Shown here: positions 27,868 through 32,000 of the stretch, one piece after another
How positions within the stretch are numbered: position 1 is the stretch's first letter
How the letters are laid out: the number at the start of each line of letters is the position of its first letter
NCBI RefSeq assembly: GCF_051201565.1
Contig: NZ_CP179200.1
Location: 450,001 to 482,000 of the forward strand
Source: Pseudothioglobus sp. nBUS_23
Lineage (GTDB): Bacteria > Pseudomonadota > Gammaproteobacteria > PS1 > Pseudothioglobaceae
Direction of reading: 5' to 3'
DNA: 32,000 bases
Notes under the pieces: generated by a model
The model's database searches: none
What the model was told of the DNA's origin: nothing
The model's input: the letters and a program-made list of their open reading frames with translations, nothing else
Program-made: the position numbers and the translations under genes

Positions 27868-30453
27868 ATGTCTGACGATATCGATTCTAACGAAATTCTT
27901 GAGCAAAAATTCCCAATTATTACAATAGAAGATGAGATGCGTGACTCCTATTTGGAGTACGCGATGAGTGTTATTGTTGGAAGGGCACTTCCTGATGTTA
28001 GGGATGGCTTGAAGCCAGTTCATCGAAGGGTCTTGTACGCCATGGATGTGCTTGGCAATGACTATAATAAATCTTACAAAAAATCTGCTCGAATTGTTGG
28101 TGATGTGATTGGTAAGTACCACCCTCATGGCGACACTGCCGTCTATGACACGATTGTAAGAATGGCTCAGCCATTTGCTATGAGAAATATATTGGTCGAT
28201 GGTCAGGGTAATTTTGGCTCTGTTGATGGCGATCGGGCCGCCGCCATGAGATATACCGAAATTCGTATGACTAAACTGTCGCATGAACTTCTGCGCGATC
28301 TTGATAAAGAGACAGTTGATTTTATTGATAACTATGACGGCTCTGAAAGTGAACCCTCAGTCCTGCCGACCCGTGTTCCTAATTTACTAATTAATGGCTC
28401 TTCAGGAATAGCTGTTGGAATGGCAACCAATATTCCAACTCATAATCTTACTGAGGTTGCAGAGGCTTGTTTAAGAGTCATTGACAATGAAGACATTTCG
28501 GTAGATGAATTATTAGAAGTACTACCTGGCCCAGATTTTCCAACGGCAGGAATAATCAATGGTGCAAGCGGAATTCGTGAAGCTTACGAGACTGGCAAAG
28601 GAAAGATATATCTTCGCTCAAGATCTCACGTTGAGGGTGAAGACAAGTTAAGTATTGTTGTTACTGAGCTTCCTTACCAAGTAAATAAGGCTAGACTAAT
28701 TAGCAAAATTGCTGAGCTTGTAAAAGATAAGAAGATTGATGGAATTACTGGACTTCGAGACGAATCAGACAAAGATGGTATGAGGATGGTCATAGAGCTT
28801 CGCCGTGGTGAGGTTCCTGAGGTTATGCTTAACAACCTTTATAAACTCACTGAGATGCAAACAGTTTTCGGAATCAACATGGTCGCTATTGACCATGGAA
28901 TGCCAAAACTAATGAATCTTAAATCCGTTTTAAACGCATTCATAGCTCACAGAAGAGAGGTGGTAACTAGGCGCTCTATCTATGAACTTAATAAAGCAAA
29001 GGACCGTGCCCATCTTTTAGAGGGTTTGTCGGTCGCCTTATTCAACATTGATGAGATTATTGAACTTATAAAAGCGGCGCCAAATCCTAGTGATGCAAAG
29101 GATGGTTTAGTCTCAAGAACTTGGCAAGGATCTGTCATTAAAGAGCTGATTGGCGACAGAGATATGGCGCAGTTTAAGCCTCAGGGTCTAGATCCTACTC
29201 TTGGCCTTCAAAAAAATGGAGATTATCAATTATCAGAGAAGCAGGCCCAAGCTATTCTTGATTTAAAGCTTCACAGATTAACTGGGCTTGAAAAAGATAA
29301 AATCTTTAATGAGTTTAATGAGTTGTTAGAGCAAATTAAGAGCTTGCTTGATATTTTGCAGACTCCTGATCTTTTGATGGACGTGATTCGAAATGAAATT
29401 ATTGAAATCCGAGATAATTTTGGCTCATCAAGAATGACTGAGATTTTAGAAAGCAAGATCGATCTCACTTTAGAGGATTTAATTGCTCAAGAAGATAGAG
29501 TAGTTACTCTTTCTCATGGTGGATATGTCAAGGCTCAATCTTTAAGTGATTATCACGCACAAAGAAGAGGTGGAAAGGGTAAGGCTGCTACTAAGATGAA
29601 GGATGAAGATTTTGTTGACCAATTGTTTGTTGCTAATTCTCATGATACTGTGCTTTGTTTCTCATCATCTGGAAAGGTGCACTGGCTCAAAGTCTATGAG
29701 TTGCCAATGGCTTCAAGGATTTCAAGAGGAAAGCCAATTATTAATTTATTGCCACTTGAAAAGGATGAATCCATTAATGCAATACTGCCTGTAAAAGAGT
29801 TTACAGACGATCAATTCGTCTTTATGGTAACAAGCTCTGGAACTTGCAAGAAAACCTCTCTTACAAACTTTTCAAGACCAAGAAAGGGCGGCATCATTGC
29901 TATTGAGCTGAGGGATGACGACAAACTTGTCGGAGTTGAGATTACAGCGGGTCAGCACGATATACTTCTATTCTCTTCAGCTGGCAAGTCAATTCGATTC
30001 AGAGAATCTGACGTTCGATCGGTTGGAAGAACGGCAATCGGTGTCAGAGGCATTAGGCTAGCAGACAAAGATAGAGTTGTTTCTCTTATTGTTGCCGAGT
30101 CAGATGATCCAATTCTTACTGCTACTGAAAAAGGATACGGCAAGAGAACTCAGTTGGATGAATATCGCGCGCAGGCAAGAGGTGGGTCTGGTGTCATTTC
30201 AATTAAGACATCAGATAGGAATGGACAAGTTGTTGGCGCTATCCAGGTCACCGATGAAGATGAAATGATGCTCATTTCAGATAAAGGAACGCTTGTAAGA
30301 GCAAGGGCGTCTGACGTCTCAATTATCGGACGAAATACTCAAGGAGTTACTTTAATCAACATTGCTGATGATGAGGCTTTAGTATCTGTAGCTAAAATAG
30401 CTGAAACTGAGGATGATGATAGCGAAGAAGTTAGTGAGTCATCTGAAGAGTAA
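27868..30453 (+). CDS. gyrA: DNA gyrase subunit A
   Basis: [21 protein letters not shown], the AAMRYTE catalytic Tyr, GyrA box QRRGGKG (29560-29580) and an acidic C-terminal tail ([16 protein letters not shown]); 861 aa. Confidence 0.96.
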   Translation: MSDDIDSNEILEQKFPIITIEDEMRDSYLEYAMSVIVGRALPDVRDGLKPVHRRVLYAMDVLGNDYNKSYKKSARIVGDVIGKYHPHGDTAVYDTIVRMAQPFAMRNILVDGQGNFGSVDGDRAAAMRYTEIRMTKLSHELLRDLDKETVDFIDNYDGSESEPSVLPTRVPNLLINGSSGIAVGMATNIPTHNLTEVAEACLRVIDNEDISVDELLEVLPGPDFPTAGIINGASGIREAYETGKGKIYLRSRSHVEGEDKLSIVVTELPYQVNKARLISKIAELVKDKKIDGITGLRDESDKDGMRMVIELRRGEVPEVMLNNLYKLTEMQTVFGINMVAIDHGMPKLMNLKSVLNAFIAHRREVVTRRSIYELNKAKDRAHLLEGLSVALFNIDEIIELIKAAPNPSDAKDGLVSRTWQGSVIKELIGDRDMAQFKPQGLDPTLGLQKNGDYQLSEKQAQAILDLKLHRLTGLEKDKIFNEFNELLEQIKSLLDILQTPDLLMDVIRNEIIEIRDNFGSSRMTEILESKIDLTLEDLIAQEDRVVTLSHGGYVKAQSLSDYHAQRRGGKGKAATKMKDEDFVDQLFVANSHDTVLCFSSSGKVHWLKVYELPMASRISRGKPIINLLPLEKDESINAILPVKEFTDDQFVFMVTSSGTCKKTSLTNFSRPRKGGIIAIELRDDDKLVGVEITAGQHDILLFSSAGKSIRFRESDVRSVGRTAIGVRGIRLADKDRVVSLIVAESDDPILTATEKGYGKRTQLDEYRAQARGGSGVISIKTSDRNGQVVGAIQVTDEDEMMLISDKGTLVRARASDVSIIGRNTQGVTLINIADDEALVSVAKIAETEDDDSEEVSESSEE

Positions 30454-30546
30454 TATCTCGCTGCACTTGCTATTTCATAGTTCAATTTAATCTTTATTTT
30501 GATTTTTATTTGTTTTTTAGAGTTATAAGTCCCTGTAAATTGGATG

Positions 30547-30579
30547 AAAAAAAGGATGGCAATGCCATCCTTTTTTTTT
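30547..30579 (+). terminator. Rho-independent terminator after gyrA
   Basis: GGATGGC (30554-30560) and GCCATCC (30564-30570), flanked by an A-run upstream and nine T (30571-30579). Symmetric, so potentially bidirectional. Confidence 0.85.
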
Positions 30580-30623
30580 AAAAAAAACTATAAAATTTAT
30601 TTTTCTATTGCTATAATCATTTT

Positions 30624-30656
30624 AGAGTATGAAATTGTTCACTCTCTGTTTTTAAA
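30624..30656 (+). promoter_or_regulatory. Candidate 5' leader hairpin plus U-tract of the ProX-type gene
   Basis: AGAGT-(AT bulge)-GAA / loop ATTG / TTC-ACTCT (30624-30645), followed by CTGTTTTTAAA (30646-30656). TATAAT at 30612-30617 would place the transcription start at about the foot of the hairpin. Confidence 0.3.
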
Positions 30657-30680
30657 ATAATCCTTTAGGAGAAAGAAAAT

Positions 30681-31694
30681 ATGAATATTAAATTCACGAC
30701 TAAAGTATTTGGTGTGGTAGCTGCAGCTTTATTGCTCAGCACTTCAGCGAATGCTGCAAAATGTGGAAAAGTTACAATTGCAGATATGAACTGGGCTTCA
30801 GCTTCATTGATGGCAAATGTTGACAAAGCTATGTTAGAGGCGATGGGCTGTGAAGTTGAGCTAGTTGCTGGTTCAACAATGCCTACATTCACTTCAATGA
30901 ATGAAACTGGTCAACCTGATGTTGCACCAGAGATTTGGGCAAATGCAATGGCAGATCTAGTTGACAGTGCTGTTGGCGCTGGACGTTTACACATTGGTAA
31001 TATTGCACCAATGAGTGGACTTGGAGAAGGTTGGTGGGTTCTTCCTCACACACTTGATGCTCACCCAGAGCTGACTACTGCGCAAGCAATTCTAGCGCGT
31101 CCTGACTTATTCCCAGACAAAGAAGACCCTTCAAGAGGTGCCTTCCATGGCTGCCCTGCTGGTTGGGGTTGCCAATTGTCAAATCAAAGCCTTTACAAAG
31201 CGTTCGATATGGAAGCTTTGGGTTGGAACCTGATTGATCCAGGTTCTGCTGCAGGACTTGACGGTTCAATTGCAAAGGCATCTGAGCAAGGTGAAAACTG
31301 GTTTGGTTACTACTGGAACCCAACTTCACTAGTTGGAAAGTATGGTTTGACAGCTGTTGATTTTGGTGTCCCATATGCTGGTGATGACAATTGGGTTGGA
31401 TGTATCGCACTAGGAGCTGATAACTGTTCAGATCCTGAGCCATCAGCATGGATTAACTCACGTGTTAACACTCTACTTAGTGATAATATGTTCTATAACG
31501 GACCTAAAGGAGCTATGGATTACTTTAAAGCTCGCACATGGCCTGGTAGTGTCATGAACGAAATGCTAGTTTGGATGGAAGATACAGGTGGAACTGGAGC
31601 GGACGCTTCTGTTGAGTTCTTATCTTCTCATGGAGATGTTTGGAAAGCTTGGGTAAGCGCCGATGTTGCTGCCTCAGTAGAAGCTTCTCTATAA
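30681..31694 (+). CDS. proX: Glycine betaine/quaternary-amine ABC transporter substrate-binding protein (ProX/OpuAC type)
   Basis: Signal peptide (VVAAALLLSTSANA/AK), a MNWASA segment and the GCPAGWGC disulfide loop matching E. coli ProX GCNPGWGC; 337 aa. Exact ligand unknown. Confidence 0.8.
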   Translation: MNIKFTTKVFGVVAAALLLSTSANAAKCGKVTIADMNWASASLMANVDKAMLEAMGCEVELVAGSTMPTFTSMNETGQPDVAPEIWANAMADLVDSAVGAGRLHIGNIAPMSGLGEGWWVLPHTLDAHPELTTAQAILARPDLFPDKEDPSRGAFHGCPAGWGCQLSNQSLYKAFDMEALGWNLIDPGSAAGLDGSIAKASEQGENWFGYYWNPTSLVGKYGLTAVDFGVPYAGDDNWVGCIALGADNCSDPEPSAWINSRVNTLLSDNMFYNGPKGAMDYFKARTWPGSVMNEMLVWMEDTGGTGADASVEFLSSHGDVWKAWVSADVAASVEASL

Positions 31695-31727
31695 CTGAAA
31701 GACCAGTAAGTTAATACTTACTAAAAA

Positions 31728-31765
31728 AATTGCCCGTAGTTAAGTCGAATGCGGGCAATTTTTTA
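31728..31765 (+). terminator. Rho-independent terminator after the ProX-type gene
   Basis: AATTGCCCG (31728-31736) pairs with CGGGCAATT (31752-31760), with a 15-nt loop, then a T-run. It is preceded by a second perfect 7-bp hairpin, AGTAAGT-TAAT-ACTTACT (31705-31722). Confidence 0.7.
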
Positions 31766-31773
31766 TTATTAAA

Positions 31774-31819
31774 TCAATTCAAAAGTTATTAGACTAATTG
31801 CTAATAATTTTTGAATTGA
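31774..31819. repeat. 46-nt near-perfect inverted repeat (19-bp arms, 8-nt centre) upstream of the last ORF
   Basis: TCAATTCAAAAGTTATTAG (31774-31792), centre ACTAATTG, then CTAATAATTTTTGAATTGA (31801-31819). 18 of 19 positions are Watson-Crick complementary; the exception is a G/T. Confidence 0.6.
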
Positions 31820-31856
31820 AACTGTTAGAATATGCAGAAAATTAAAGGAGCTCATT

Positions 31857-32000
31857 ATGGCAGCAGTTAGGCCTCTACCTCAACAAAGCATTATTGAATG
31901 TATACCCCCTGCTTCTGAAATTGCAGATCTAAGGATACTCAATAAGGATCTGAATTTTATACAGGCGATGACCAAGAGGGCGGATGATCTCAATGCTCAA
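31857..32000 (+). CDS. Hypothetical protein, 3'-truncated by the window edge
   Basis: The ATG at 31857 is preceded by AAAGGAG (31845-31851). The open frame runs to the window end (MAAVRPLPQQSIIECIPPASEIADLRILNKDLNFIQAMTKRADDLNAQ...). I do not recognise the family from 48 residues. Confidence 0.5.
   Translation, partial: MAAVRPLPQQSIIECIPPASEIADLRILNKDLNFIQAMTKRADDLNAQ

Noticed and set aside
28120-28170. GyrA QRDR has Thr instead of Ser at the E. coli position-83 equivalent ([10 protein letters not shown]). Could this be a fluoroquinolone-resistance change?
   Set aside because: Thr at this position is the natural wild-type residue in several susceptible proteobacteria (for example Pseudomonas). 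Asp87 is intact, and the ParC QRDR ([10 protein letters not shown]) matches wild type. No evidence of resistance mutations.
27847-28284. 145-aa minus-strand ORF overlapping the gyrA 5' end. Similar antisense ORFs occur at 25953-26411, 24190-24600, 11291-11608, 4220-4540, 353-586, 16704-16940 and elsewhere.
   Set aside because: All lie entirely inside strongly supported genes on the opposite strand. They have low-complexity or Ser/Leu/Ile-rich translations and no RBS or recognisable motifs. They are shadow ORFs, expected in AT-rich DNA with few antisense stops.
30544-30660. 38-aa ORF (MKKRMAMPSFFFKKNYKIYFSIAIIILEYEIVHSLFLK) in the gyrA/proX spacer
   Set aside because: It reads through the gyrA terminator hairpin, its T/A runs and the downstream TATAAT box. 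The composition simply reflects those elements, and there is no RBS.
1-32000. Search for CRISPR arrays, IS elements, long direct repeats, rRNA, and defence or toxin-antitoxin gene pairs
   Set aside because: I found none on reading both strands. All intergenic regions are 230 bp or shorter and are accounted for by promoters, terminators and the short inverted repeats listed above.

Overview
AT-rich (by eye, not computed), very tightly packed chromosomal segment from a Gram-negative bacterium. kdsA, a proteobacterial-type parC/gyrA pair and Liv-type and ProX-type periplasmic binding proteins point to a streamlined, probably marine, gamma- or betaproteobacterium (inference). About 37 protein genes and one tRNA-Ser(GCU) are present, and almost all are housekeeping: folD, purEK, bioFH, thiG, upp, photolyase, trpC, kdsA, dapB, a five-gene Liv-type ABC importer, rarD, parC, queD, folE2, a DAHP synthase and gyrA. 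Many neighbouring genes overlap or abut: ATGA overlaps occur at 737-740 and 9597-9600, an 8-bp kdsA/dapB overlap at 11307-11314, TAATG at 13218-13222, and convergent stop codons share CTAG at 1490-1493. I see no mobile element, CRISPR array, integrase, toxin-antitoxin or recognisable defence gene, and no convincing undescribed multi-gene system, so I read this as core genome. The points worth a second look are modest. parC and gyrA are co-located. The two binding-protein genes have similar hairpin plus U-tract leaders. A 46-nt near-perfect palindrome lies upstream of the truncated last ORF. The photolyase promoter geometry looks leaderless. There is a small HExxH orphan protein and a loose cluster of hydroxyacid/semialdehyde redox genes. 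All functional calls rest on my recognition of motifs in the supplied translations; no database search was run.
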